Below are positions 50,801 to 60,379 of a stretch of DNA of 64,000 nucleotides, piece by piece. Position numbers and translations under genes: made by a program. This DNA comes from Candidatus Cloacimonadales bacterium (GTDB taxonomy: Bacteria > Cloacimonadota > Cloacimonadia > Cloacimonadales > DAONDQ01). Where the stretch lies: NCBI GenBank assembly GCA_963662275.1, contig OY759316.1, positions 1,760,001-1,824,000 of the forward strand, read 5' to 3'. The notes under the pieces are model-generated. The model was not told the DNA's origin. It did not search any database and saw only the letters and a list, made by a program, of their open reading frames with translations. Positions within the stretch are counted from its first letter, which is position 1; each line of letters opens with the position of its first letter.

Positions 50801-52581
50801 GGACATTCGCAGTTAGCGGAGGATTCCCATCCAGCTATAAAATTTATTGCCAGGCAAGTAATAGACCAATTACACCTACTGCTTTGGTTGCAACGGTAAC
50901 TTCACCTACATTTACTTTTACTACTTCATTGGAATACAACTCAACCTATTATTGGATGGTCATCGCTTCCAATGCATATGGAGATGCAACGGGCAATATG
51001 GTTCACTCTTTCACAACGATTCAAAATCCTGAACTACCTCAACCTCAGCCCAATGACCTTTCTGCAAGATCAATCAGCGGAACTGACTATGGAATTATCG
51101 GAACACCAATTGCACATACTATAACAGTCACTAATTACGGGTCAAGTTCACAGGACAGCTACACTGTACGTATTAAAAGTGTATCACCAGCCATGACGCT
51201 TGCCACCCTCAATGTCACGATACCTCTGGCTTCTGGGGAGACAACCTCCCATAGTATAACCTGGACTCCAACGAATGCAAGTCTTCATGTCAGTAAAATA
51301 TACGGGGAAGTGGTTTTGAATAGTGATAGCTTACTCGCTAATAATATTACTTCCAATATTCCGTTTGGCATCATTTCAGGGTCAGGAACAGATACAGATC
51401 CATATGGCATAAGTACGCCGGAAGCACTGAATGCAGTCCGGTATTTCCTGGGGGTTGCATATGCAGGTAAACATTTCAAATTGCTGAATGACATCGATTT
51501 GGCAGCATATCTCATCACTGGGAATGGTTTTGCAGCCTGGGGTTCCTCGGGATGGCTGCCGATTGGGTCGGGTGCAGAACGTTTCTATGGCAGTTTTGAT
51601 GGAAACAACAGAACCATCTCAGGATTTGTGTTAGATCGTGCTTGGACTGACAATTGCGGATTGTTCGGTTATACTGAATTTGGTTCAAGAATTGAAAGCA
51701 CAAAACTTGTAGGCCACCCGGACAGATGGTGTAACGCGGCTAATTCGTTTGGAATGCTTGTAGGTGGAAATAACGGAACAATTAGTAATTGTTCTGCTCA
51801 ATTCAGCAGAATTGTTTCTCAATCCTGGAGCGGGGGATTGGTAGGTACTAACAATGGTACTATTAGTAAATGCTTCACTTCCGGCAATGTAGAGTCATAT
51901 TGGGAATTATGGGCATCTTCCATTGGCGGATTGGTAGGAATAAATTATGGAAATATCGGTAATTGTTATTCCAGGGCGAGTGTGAAAGCATACATGTATA
52001 TGGGTGGATTGGTCGGAATTCAGTCTGGAACAATCACGAATTGTTATGCCACAGGTGCCATAGACCATATTCTTGGCGATAATTCAAGAGGCGGTATCCT
52101 CGGCGCAGCAGGTGGTACTGTTGTTAATTCTTACTGGGATAAACAAACAACTGGTATACTAACGTCCTTTGGTTCGGATAGTAGTTTTGGAAAGTCAACA
52201 GCCATGATGAAGATGCAGGGAACTTATGCAGGTTGGGATTTCACAAATACCTGGTTTATTGATCCATCTGTGAATGATGGCTATCCGCAGCTTGCCTGGG
52301 CAGCAACATCCGCTCTTATGAGTATTCCAACGAATATCACGATTCAGAAGGATACTGTCCTCGGAGTCGTGACAATTACCTGGGATGACATGCATGCAGC
52401 CTGGTATGGTGTATACGCAGGCTCTTCTCCTTCAAACCTGACATATCTTGGCTGGACAGGCACGAATAGTATTACTGTTAATGCTGATAACCATGGATTC
52501 TTCAAGATCACATCCGGCTCTGGAACACCGACAGCACCAGCGCTGCTGCGTGGGAATTATGAATTAAGAATTAAGAATTAA
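47860..52581 (+). CDS. Large secreted surface protein, paralog of 44469-47396 with a second GLUG block and a CARDB-like domain
   Basis: Signal peptide; HDDWLITPQL; two blocks beginning DPY.I.T...LN..R; GGLVG repeats; DGYPQL. Confidence 0.8.
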   Translation: MKKTIFLLVLLMAMGVLFATTLNESFESPTFPPPGWGIVNGGDGRTWQRTYMENTGHTGYGCATIETSNIYVHDDWLITPQLTPMSGSSTFSFWARTLFINSYYPAEQFNVKLSISTNDISAMTYVLASNVTTSTSYAQYSYDLSPYIGQNVHVAIQALYADRSTLMVDDIIGPQMMGFEGFETGNFNSFAWNNASASPWTLQNINRYSGIYAAKSGVISDGASTSLSITQYISEIGHIYFLQMVSSESGSDFLKFYIDDVEQGSWSGEGLWQAQSYLVYMGTHTFRWTYSKNGSGSSGSDCAWIDHIVFPPSLVGTAADPYQITTAAELNNIRNYLGSSFSNKRFKLMNDIDLTAYLAPGGAGYSAWGTNGWLSIGNGSSLFYGSFDGNNHTISNLSTHYYGTCHGLFGANAVGSTIQNLTMSNTCYILGDGETGSIIGRNNGVVLNCRSAATINIGNADKGGGIVGNNYGVIGNCGFSGTITRSGSGVSCNKIGGIAGNSETGAIINNSYSTGSISGNTYTAGLVGWNNGTINNCYTTGTVTGAANADGGLVGQNQGVINNSYSRATVSGASYVGGLVGYNSGSTITNCFSTGAVTGSIKGGLCGQTGATINSSYWDTQTSGLATSYGGTGKTTAEMKTQSNFSGWDFAGETANGTNDYWYMTSTDNAGYPFLCWEKASEVRAPLLVYPGDAASGISQNGFNFSWTPFPGGQTPDHYNLYFIKGNPSHIFEAGYTDQHSYLNLHAISYNPVSSGVISLHYGEVWYWTVIAYTSNGEAFPTPTTRSFTIENEVVFTDGFETGNTQGSTTISNWTQALGSGTNYWTVNSTNTDFNRTPKTGSFNVTLFFPGNAWMFRSVVLKGGVPYRVELYARQDGTVSSNASVGISYGTAATIAGMTNVLVTQTGLVNGSYQLITATFVPQSNGTYYIGINGIIATPSNYISMDDITLKHTPLIAPVAVTQNLPADMAINQILLPTINWTFAVSGGFPSSYKIYCQASNRPITPTALVATVTSPTFTFTTSLEYNSTYYWMVIASNAYGDATGNMVHSFTTIQNPELPQPQPNDLSARSISGTDYGIIGTPIAHTITVTNYGSSSQDSYTVRIKSVSPAMTLATLNVTIPLASGETTSHSITWTPTNASLHVSKIYGEVVLNSDSLLANNITSNIPFGIISGSGTDTDPYGISTPEALNAVRYFLGVAYAGKHFKLLNDIDLAAYLITGNGFAAWGSSGWLPIGSGAERFYGSFDGNNRTISGFVLDRAWTDNCGLFGYTEFGSRIESTKLVGHPDRWCNAANSFGMLVGGNNGTISNCSAQFSRIVSQSWSGGLVGTNNGTISKCFTSGNVESYWELWASSIGGLVGINYGNIGNCYSRASVKAYMYMGGLVGIQSGTITNCYATGAIDHILGDNSRGGILGAAGGTVVNSYWDKQTTGILTSFGSDSSFGKSTAMMKMQGTYAGWDFTNTWFIDPSVNDGYPQLAWAATSALMSIPTNITIQKDTVLGVVTITWDDMHAAWYGVYAGSSPSNLTYLGWTGTNSITVNADNHGFFKITSGSGTPTAPALLRGNYELRIKN

Positions 52582-52889
52582 GAATTGCAGAGAATATCTA
52601 CCCCTTCCTTCTGATAAGGGTGTCTACGGAGTTAGTTCTGCTCTTCCTTGAAACAGGCTATAACATATGTCTTTCAAAAATAGTCAAAATATAGTCGGAT
52701 TGCTGCCCATTATGAGTCTGAACAACAATGGGTCAACTTCACTTAAAATAACTGGGGTATCCCAGGATTAAGTGAAAAGGAATTGACAATAAATCTGAAT
52801 TGCTAAATCTTAAAAATAATTAATTCATATTCTTAATAGGAATACTTGTATTAGATTAAGTGCAACTTACGTTTGAAAAGGAAGGACAG

Positions 52890-54497
52890 ATGAAGACATG
52901 TATCTTGGTAATTTTATTATCAGGCTTATTAACTGGATTATATGCACAATCACCTGCATGGTTATGGGCAACAGGTGCACAAGGTAGTTCACTTTCTGCG
53001 TCTTCTATAACGGTAGATAATAATGGGAATCAAATCGTTATAGGAAAATTTTCAGATACAGCATGGTTTGGAACAATTCAATTATCAACTATCCAAGAAT
53101 ATGATGTTTTCGTGGCAAAAATAGATACGAATGGAATTTGGCAGTGGGCAGTGAAATGTGGGGGTATTAATATTGATTATGGCTATGATGTTGCTATTGA
53201 TAACAATGGCTTTATTTACATAACCGGAGCCATGGGTGACGATGCTGCTTTCGGTACAATAAATCTGACAAATGGTGGCAATAATGGCTCTGATTGTTTT
53301 GTTGCTAAACTTGATACAAATGGAGCATGGATCTGGGCTGTAAACTCAGGTGGAACTGGTTCTGAAGAAAGCCATTCAATAGTAGTTAATGATAGCGGTA
53401 TATATATTACAGGATATTATGATTTAGATACTTCGATTGGAAGTATAGCCCTTTCTAATAGCGGGTTTGAAGATATCTTTGTGGCTAAACTTGATATCAA
53501 TGGTAATTGGCTTTGGGCAGTAAAAGCTGGTGGAACTTTAGCTGATGAAGGATACTCAATTGCTATCGATAATAATGACAATGTATTCGTGACAGGAGAT
53601 ATTTATGATACTGCTATTTTTGGGACAATTACAGTTACGGGTAACGGTCAAGGTATTTTTGTCGCCAAATTAGATTCCAATGGTAATTGGCTTTGGGCTG
53701 TAAGAACAGGTAATGGTGTGGGATCGTCAAATGTAGTAGATAGTATCGGAAATGTATATATAGCTGGGATATATGCCAACCAATCTGATAATCTTCTTTA
53801 TGTTGCCGGTTTAAATTCAAATGGAGATATAATTTGGGAAAGACAGGTAGGTAATTTTGGTCGTGTGCTTGGACGTTCAATCACCTGTGATAATGATAAC
53901 AAATTATATATTACAGGACGTTTTGAAAGTACAACTAGCTTCGGGTCTATTAGTATAACATCTGCAGGTTCAAATGATATTTTTACAGCAAAAATTGATT
54001 CAAACGGTAATTGGCTTTGGGTAAAAAGTGCTGGTGGAATTGGTTATGAGGAAGGTGCTTCAATGGCAGTTGATAATAATAGATTCTTGTATCTAACTGG
54101 AATTTATACTAGCCCTGCAAGCTTTGGTTCGATAACCTTGGCTTCTGAGGCACGTGGTAGATTATTTGTCGCAAAGTTAGGCAATGTAGTTCCAAATGAA
54201 GACCCAACTTCTTCTACTTCAAACCCAAAATTCCTTAGTAGCTATCCAAATCCTTTTAATCAGAGTACTGTAATTAGCTTCAATCTCAAAGCAGCAAATC
54301 AAACCTTTGTTGATATTTATAACATCAAAGGACAATTAGTCCGAACCCTGGTGAATGAGATGAAAGCAACAGGTTCTCAACAAGTAGTCTGGAATAGCGA
54401 GGATAATCAGGGAAAGCAGGTAAACTCTGGAATATATTTGTGTACGATAAATTCAGGACAATATCATTCATCAAAGAAGTTGATTCTTACGAAGTAG
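52890..54497 (+). CDS. SBBP-type beta-propeller protein with T9SS type A/FlgD-like C-terminal domain
   Basis: Repeated D.FVAKLD.NG.W.WA; C-terminal YPNPFN..IYNIKGQLVRTL..SGIY..KKLILTK. Confidence 0.85.
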   Translation: MKTCILVILLSGLLTGLYAQSPAWLWATGAQGSSLSASSITVDNNGNQIVIGKFSDTAWFGTIQLSTIQEYDVFVAKIDTNGIWQWAVKCGGINIDYGYDVAIDNNGFIYITGAMGDDAAFGTINLTNGGNNGSDCFVAKLDTNGAWIWAVNSGGTGSEESHSIVVNDSGIYITGYYDLDTSIGSIALSNSGFEDIFVAKLDINGNWLWAVKAGGTLADEGYSIAIDNNDNVFVTGDIYDTAIFGTITVTGNGQGIFVAKLDSNGNWLWAVRTGNGVGSSNVVDSIGNVYIAGIYANQSDNLLYVAGLNSNGDIIWERQVGNFGRVLGRSITCDNDNKLYITGRFESTTSFGSISITSAGSNDIFTAKIDSNGNWLWVKSAGGIGYEEGASMAVDNNRFLYLTGIYTSPASFGSITLASEARGRLFVAKLGNVVPNEDPTSSTSNPKFLSSYPNPFNQSTVISFNLKAANQTFVDIYNIKGQLVRTLVNEMKATGSQQVVWNSEDNQGKQVNSGIYLCTINSGQYHSSKKLILTK

Positions 54498-54539
54498 CTC
54501 TATAATATGCTAATTATTCAGACTTCCATAGAGAACTTT

Positions 54540-56400
54540 GAGACTGTTCATGAAGTTATTCATAATATTCAATAAGTTAGAAAGTAGCAAGTTGAAAAAA
54601 GTGGTCGAAACGGTCATAATTTAACATACCTTCCAGAATTGACAGATAAGCTCTGCTAAGGACACCAAATCACAAGTTAAGCTTTTTGACTAAAATTGAA
54701 AAACACGCGATTATAAGTAATGTTTCGAAGCCGTTTCTGACTAAATGTGTAGTTAAAATCATATAAAATAGTTCTTTACAAGTTTTTTGCTATAGCTTCA
54801 ATGGCATTTGTTACCTGGTAACAAAAGGGAGGATATTATGACAAAAAAACACTCCAATTCAAGAAGCGGTAAGTGTTAGTCATGAAAGTAACCAATACCA
54901 TGTAAGTATTAACGTACCATTTTCATTCACTTTGCCTGAGACAACATCAAACCACAAGTTCTTAATAGCGTTTCTACGCTTATTAGTAGGAATAGGCGGA
55001 GACAACCTCCTTACACTTCAGCAAATAGCTGATCTGTTTAACTACGCAGACCGCAGGAATGTACATAATTTCTGGCAAGAGTTTGAGCAGCATGGTCATG
55101 ATATCCTGGCATATTTAAGCCGGAAAGTTGACCTGCTGGAGTGTATTCCTCAGATCGAGAATTTTGTTATCAATAACCTGCTTTTACCTTTAAATGTCAT
55201 GTATCAGGAGTTCATCAGCCATCATGATTTTAAAATGTCCTATACCACTTTCTGCAAATATGCTTCTCAGGTCAATTCTCTGTCTGTAGTTAAGCAAGCT
55301 CAGAAGCTTCTTCTGAAAAAGACAGTAGGCGGTGATGCTGTACATCTGCTGAAACTGCTTGCCGGTCAGCAGAATACACCTGTTATCTGTGACAGACTCC
55401 TGGAACAAATGAAGACTGCTAAAGGCAATACATCCCATAGAACCGCCGATGCAAAGCCGTTCCATAGTCTGGAACGCAAGAACCTGTGTCTGCTGGTACA
55501 TTACCTGGTTGGAAGCGGTATGAACTTCGAGACGATAGCTTTGCTGCTCAACACCTGTAAAGCTACAGTCTCAAATCTCTGGCATGAAATCGCTGACCTG
55601 CAGAGCCTGATTCTGAACTCAATCGGTAAGTGGAGCGGAAAGATCAGCATTGATGAGAAATATGTGAAGATCAAAGGTATTCCGTACTATGTCATCAGTA
55701 TTGTTGATTTTGTGACTCACATCCCTCTGTTTTGTGAGTTGTATCCTGACACAAAGAAAGAATCATTCGAAGCATGTTTCAGAACCTTCAGACAGCTCTA
55801 CAGGAAAGATCCAACCCTGATTGTCAGTGATGGCAGTAAATCGTTAGCAGTTGCAAGAAAAACAGTGTTTCCAAAAGTCCATTACCAACTCTGTAAGTTC
55901 CATAAGATACGAAATCTCTTCAAAAGAATCAGTCAATGTCATCTCCCTGAAGACAGGGACAAGTTCTTTAAGAAGAGGATTATGAAAGCTTTCCGAAGAG
56001 AAACGGCGGGCGGAAGGAAAAAGGGTATCGCAAGCCTGACAGCTATTACTCCCCCAACCGCCGCCGAATACATCAAAAGCAATATCATTAGTGATTGGAG
56101 ACACCTCAGCAAAGGTTTGACTTCCAATGTCTCTGAACGCTGGAACCGCAAAATCAAGAAGGTGACATCCGGTAGATTTGGACTAAAATCTGAAGAAACC
56201 ACCCGCAACCTTGTGTTTTCGCTTTGGTTCAAAGAACTGGTCGATAAAGGTCAACCAATCATGCGTCAGGAATCACTTTTAGCAAGTTTAAATATCTCCC
56301 GCATATGTCAAGAAAATGTGGATTGGTCGCACTTAGACCACTTTTTCTCTGTCACTACCAATAAGGCTGCGTAAAATGGAGGTTAATTTTGAACAGTCTC
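54540..56400 (+). mobile_element. Insertion sequence (DDE; IS256/Mutator-like or IS6-like, family uncertain)
   Basis: IRs GAGACTGTTCA / TGAACAGTCTC; 8-bp TSD AGAACTTT at 54532-54539 and 56401-56408. Confidence 0.9.
54932..56374 (+). CDS. DDE transposase (true start probably ATG 54838 via a frameshift)
   Basis: IDEKYVKI, IVSDG, QLCKFH (CxxH), SNVSERWNR. Confidence 0.85.
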   Translation: MPETTSNHKFLIAFLRLLVGIGGDNLLTLQQIADLFNYADRRNVHNFWQEFEQHGHDILAYLSRKVDLLECIPQIENFVINNLLLPLNVMYQEFISHHDFKMSYTTFCKYASQVNSLSVVKQAQKLLLKKTVGGDAVHLLKLLAGQQNTPVICDRLLEQMKTAKGNTSHRTADAKPFHSLERKNLCLLVHYLVGSGMNFETIALLLNTCKATVSNLWHEIADLQSLILNSIGKWSGKISIDEKYVKIKGIPYYVISIVDFVTHIPLFCELYPDTKKESFEACFRTFRQLYRKDPTLIVSDGSKSLAVARKTVFPKVHYQLCKFHKIRNLFKRISQCHLPEDRDKFFKKRIMKAFRRETAGGRKKGIASLTAITPPTAAEYIKSNIISDWRHLSKGLTSNVSERWNRKIKKVTSGRFGLKSEETTRNLVFSLWFKELVDKGQPIMRQESLLASLNISRICQENVDWSHLDHFFSVTTNKAA

Positions 56401-56564
56401 AGAACTTTTAAAAAAGCGTTCTATTTTTTTACCTTGACATGATAATAGTTTTTTATCGTAGTCTAAATACAATAGAATAGATATTCAATCTTAGCGATGA
56501 TTTAGACTTATACGAAAAAATAACGCTCTATCTTTTAGATAATTATGTTAAATAGGATGGACTT

Positions 56565-56951
56565 ATGGGTAAATTCATTATTTTAGCGTTCTTGGTTATA
56601 ATTACAGTTGGCTGTTCTAAAACAAGCGGTGATGTGAGTAAATATGCAGATGCTACAGAAGCTATCCAAGAGTATGCGCAAAAGCATATGACAGCCGATT
56701 GGTTTTCCGTTTTGGAGCCAGTTGGTCAGTTTGAAGTTACTGGTGTGGAAATAAAAAAAGCTAAGGTTTTAGAGGATGATGATCATTCTGCTGAATTGAC
56801 TGTTATTTTACAAGGTTATTATACTCCTATGGCAAGTACGGATAAAGATGAAACAAAGCAGTTCACACTCAAGAAGAAGTTTAATGTTACCCGTGTGACC
56901 TACGGCAAGGAAGCGAAATATAGTGTGAAGCTTATGCGAAATAATAATTAA
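56565..56951 (+). CDS. Hypothetical lipoprotein (paralog of 38965-39330)
   Basis: Lipobox TVGC; shared IQ.YA....DWF, EVT.V, F.L.K.FNVT. Confidence 0.8.
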   Translation: MGKFIILAFLVIITVGCSKTSGDVSKYADATEAIQEYAQKHMTADWFSVLEPVGQFEVTGVEIKKAKVLEDDDHSAELTVILQGYYTPMASTDKDETKQFTLKKKFNVTRVTYGKEAKYSVKLMRNNN

Positions 56952-57043
56952 GAATGAAGCAAACCCAAAAAAATAAAGAAGTAAAAGTCTTGACTGATAA
57001 TCGCATTGATACTTTTGGCTAGCTTAGGAGTTTAAAAGACAAT

Positions 57044-57982
57044 ATGGATAATTTGAATATCAAAAAGAACAGAATTACCGGTAATTACAATATTTCGGCT
57101 GCTCCCGGCTATTTTTGGGGAATTGCTGCATTATTGATTATACTGAGCTGTTGTTTGATATTTAGTCTGATATATATAGGTATTCAGAAAGAACGTAACA
57201 TTAACTTACGAAAGTTACAGGCTGAGAACATCAAATTAAGACGGAAACTTGATCTTTATGCTGTACAAGTAGATTCTATCATGACAATATTAGATAAAAT
57301 TCAGAAGAAAAATGAAAAGAATCAGTCAAGAAGCAAGGAGCAGGCTTTTCTTTATTCTCATCCTGACCTGGATGCAGATACAGTGACTGAAAGTGATTTT
57401 AGTTATGATTCCTATTTGTATGCTCAGAATCATTATGTGAATCAGCGTTTAACCAATGTCCTAGCATATTTACCGCAATTGATGAAACAAAATATGATGG
57501 AAAAGCCTGTCGCTGTAACAGTAGAAGATAAACTCGCTGAGATGCCATCCATTTATCCTGCATTCGGCAGAATGTCAGATTTATGGGGTAGTCGTATTCA
57601 TCCTATTTATCATGAAATGATCTTTCATTATGGATTAGATATCGCTAATAAAATAGGTACACCCATATATGCCACAGGAGCGGGTATCATTGTTTTTAAC
57701 GGTTATGATCAGTATTATGGCAGAATTATTAAGATTGAACATGGGAAAGATTATGAAACACGCTATGCTCATCTTTATCGCAGTACTGTTTTAACAGGTG
57801 ATACCGTGAAGAAAGGTCAGATCATAGGATACATGGGAGATTCAGGTTTATCGACAGGTCCACATCTTCACTATGAGATAATAGCTCACGGAGCGAAGGT
57901 CAATCCATCAGCTTATCTGAACAAATTTACGAATAGTCTGCTAACCAGGCATACTAGTGCGGAAAGTAAGATTATTCGATGA
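57044..57982 (+). CDS. Membrane-anchored M23 family peptidase
   Basis: TM and coiled coil; HYGLD, TRYAHL, STGPHLHYE. Confidence 0.9.
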   Translation: MDNLNIKKNRITGNYNISAAPGYFWGIAALLIILSCCLIFSLIYIGIQKERNINLRKLQAENIKLRRKLDLYAVQVDSIMTILDKIQKKNEKNQSRSKEQAFLYSHPDLDADTVTESDFSYDSYLYAQNHYVNQRLTNVLAYLPQLMKQNMMEKPVAVTVEDKLAEMPSIYPAFGRMSDLWGSRIHPIYHEMIFHYGLDIANKIGTPIYATGAGIIVFNGYDQYYGRIIKIEHGKDYETRYAHLYRSTVLTGDTVKKGQIIGYMGDSGLSTGPHLHYEIIAHGAKVNPSAYLNKFTNSLLTRHTSAESKIIR

Positions 57983-58617
57983 AATCCAAAATCGCATATC
58001 TTTTTACACATCCTGCCCCTAACACCATTTATTCAGATTACCGTAAAATTCCTGAAAATGCAACTATCATCGGTGTGGATGGTGGAACAAATATCCTGGA
58101 GAGTTTACAACTTTACCCCGATTTAATTATTGGAGACATGGATTCGATATTACCTGGTGTAATGGCTAAGTATGAATCGAAAGTGAGAATGATTACATAT
58201 CCGATTGCCAAGGATGAAACAGATAGCGAATTAGCTGTCCGCTGGTGTATCGAGAATAAATATGAGGAAATTATCCTGGTTAATACTCTTGACGGTAGAT
58301 TTGACCATGTTATGGGTTTACTTCAAAACATGTATTATGCAAAGAAACATCATATCAAAGTTCGTATTGAATCCCAGTCACAGCAGCTATTCTTCCTGGA
58401 AAAAGATGAAGTAATTTCTACCAAACCTGGGAGGAATATTTCACTATTATCCTATTCTCCGATTGTGACAATGGTGAGAACTAAGGGTTTGGAATACCCT
58501 CTTGATAACGAAAATCTCTACCAATTTGAATCTCGCGGGATCAGTAACATCTGCCAAGAGGAAACAGTTGAAATTCATTACGGTGAAGGTGATTTACTGG
58601 CAATTCTGACTCTCTGA
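57979..58617 (+). CDS. thiN: Thiamine pyrophosphokinase
   Basis: VDGG, GDMDS, KDETDSE, GRFDH, GLEYPL, GISN. Confidence 0.9.
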   Translation: MKSKIAYLFTHPAPNTIYSDYRKIPENATIIGVDGGTNILESLQLYPDLIIGDMDSILPGVMAKYESKVRMITYPIAKDETDSELAVRWCIENKYEEIILVNTLDGRFDHVMGLLQNMYYAKKHHIKVRIESQSQQLFFLEKDEVISTKPGRNISLLSYSPIVTMVRTKGLEYPLDNENLYQFESRGISNICQEETVEIHYGEGDLLAILTL

Positions 58618-58684
58618 AGGATCAGTATTTTGATATGGAACTGAACTGAAAATGAATAAAAATTCAATAAATGTGATTTCGGTG

Positions 58685-58712
58685 TTGACAAATTGGAAAT
58701 CATTCCTATAAT
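58685..58712 (+). promoter_or_regulatory. Sigma70-type promoter upstream of xseB
   Basis: TTGACA-16 nt-TATAAT, both hexamers match consensus. Confidence 0.7.
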
Positions 58713-58809
58713 ACATACAGATGACAAAACATTGCAGTTTGGAAAGAGCCATTTTTCGGTAACATTATCGATTTAATGGTAAAACTTCATAACCTGAACA
58801 AGGAAATTT

Positions 58810-59046
58810 ATGAAAAACGAAGTTGAAAAGAACTTAAAATTTGAAGAAGCCCTTCATAGATTGGAAGAAATAGTGAATCAATTGGAAGATGGTGTGGACG
58901 AATTAGATAAAATTGTAACATTATTTGAAGAGGGCACACAGATGGTTGAATATTGTCAGAAGAAGCTAATTCAAGTGGAAACAAAAATTGAGATATTGAG
59001 TCAAAAACTGAGCCAGGAACCGAAAGATGAGGTAAAGAATGATTAA
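58810..59046 (+). CDS. xseB: Exodeoxyribonuclease VII small subunit
   Basis: FEEALHRLEEIVNQLE..FEEG..C; adjacent to ispA. Confidence 0.95.
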   Translation: MKNEVEKNLKFEEALHRLEEIVNQLEDGVDELDKIVTLFEEGTQMVEYCQKKLIQVETKIEILSQKLSQEPKDEVKND

Positions 59047-59929
59047 CAAGATGACACTCAAAAAAGACCTTAAAGAAAAAAGAGAATTAGTCAACATCAC
59101 ACTAGATAGGTTTTTACCTCGTAAGGATGAATATCCCAAGGAAGTTCATAAAGCGATTCGACATAGCCTGTTTGCCGGTGGTAAGAGATTGCGTCCATTC
59201 CTCTGTATCAGAGCCTATTCCCTGTTCAGTGAGAACATTGAAAGAGTACGAAATGTAGCTGCTGCAATCGAGTTATTACATACATATACTTTGATACATG
59301 ATGATTTACCGGAGATTGATGATGATGATTTTCGCCGTGGCAGAAAAGCTTGTCATATTATGTATGGGACTGATATTGCACTCCTGGCTGGTGATGCACT
59401 TCTGGTTTCTGCCTTTGAATTGTTGAGTCATGCACCTCTTGAAGATGAACTGAAACAGCAGATGATTAGGGAAATGGCGATTGAATGTGGTGATCGTGGA
59501 CTTATTGCCGGTCAAATGATGGATATATTGTGTGAGAACAAAGATGTGAATGAAAAGATGCTCAGTTTTATTCATAAGAATAAAACAGGTAAGTTGATCA
59601 ATATGGCTATCCGTTTTGGATGTTTGGCTTCTGGAGCGACAAAATCCGATATTAAACGAATGAATGAGTATGGTACTCGCTTAGGTTTAGCATTTCAAAT
59701 TGTGGATGATCTCCTGGATATTGAAGGTGATGAAGCAACATTGGGAAAAACGATTGGTAAAGATGTAAAAGTTAAAAAAGCTACATATCCTTCAATTTAT
59801 GGAATCGATAAATCCCATGAGATGGCAAAAAAACTCATTGATGAAGCAACGATCCTTCTCAATCATTATGGCGAAAGAGCAGAAGTTCTATTAATGTTAA
59901 CGGATTATATGCTAACACGTCAATTCTGA
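59039..59929 (+). CDS. ispA: Geranyltranstransferase / farnesyl diphosphate synthase
   Basis: GGKRLRP, HDDLP..DDDDFRRG, FQIVDDLLD. Confidence 0.9.
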   Translation: MINKMTLKKDLKEKRELVNITLDRFLPRKDEYPKEVHKAIRHSLFAGGKRLRPFLCIRAYSLFSENIERVRNVAAAIELLHTYTLIHDDLPEIDDDDFRRGRKACHIMYGTDIALLAGDALLVSAFELLSHAPLEDELKQQMIREMAIECGDRGLIAGQMMDILCENKDVNEKMLSFIHKNKTGKLINMAIRFGCLASGATKSDIKRMNEYGTRLGLAFQIVDDLLDIEGDEATLGKTIGKDVKVKKATYPSIYGIDKSHEMAKKLIDEATILLNHYGERAEVLLMLTDYMLTRQF

Positions 59930-59930
59930 T

Positions 59931-60368
59931 ATGTTGACGATAGATATTCAAAAACTGACTCCTACAGCTCAATTACCCAAGCGAATGACACCTCATTCAG
60001 CAGGATATGATCTATTCGCTGATTCGAGCGAAGAGATTATCATTTCTCCGCATCAAGTTATATTGATCAACACAGGAATTGCTATTAGCCTTCCTGAAGG
60101 TTATGAGGCTCAAATACGTCCCCGCAGCGGATTAGCAATAAATAGCAAAATTGGGATCTTAAATTCACCGGGTACGATAGATGCGGATTACCGTGGTGAA
60201 ATCAAGGTTATCATGTACAACTTTGGAGATACGGATTTCTCCGTCAAACCTTTGATGCGAATAGCACAAATGGTCATTTCAAAGCATGAAATTCTTGAAT
60301 TTCATGTGACAGATGAGCTTGATCATACTGATCGTGGTGCAGGTGGATTTGGACATTCATCATCATAG
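59931..60368 (+). CDS. dut: dUTPase
   Basis: AGYDL, RPRSG, GTIDADYRGE, RIAQ, RGAGGFGHS. Confidence 0.95.
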   Translation: MLTIDIQKLTPTAQLPKRMTPHSAGYDLFADSSEEIIISPHQVILINTGIAISLPEGYEAQIRPRSGLAINSKIGILNSPGTIDADYRGEIKVIMYNFGDTDFSVKPLMRIAQMVISKHEILEFHVTDELDHTDRGAGGFGHSSS

Positions 60369-60379
60369 AATTAGAAATT

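Noticed and set aside
10911..56400. Single integrative island anchored at tRNA-His
   Set aside because: No integrase, and no duplicated tRNA 3' end noticed at the right boundary
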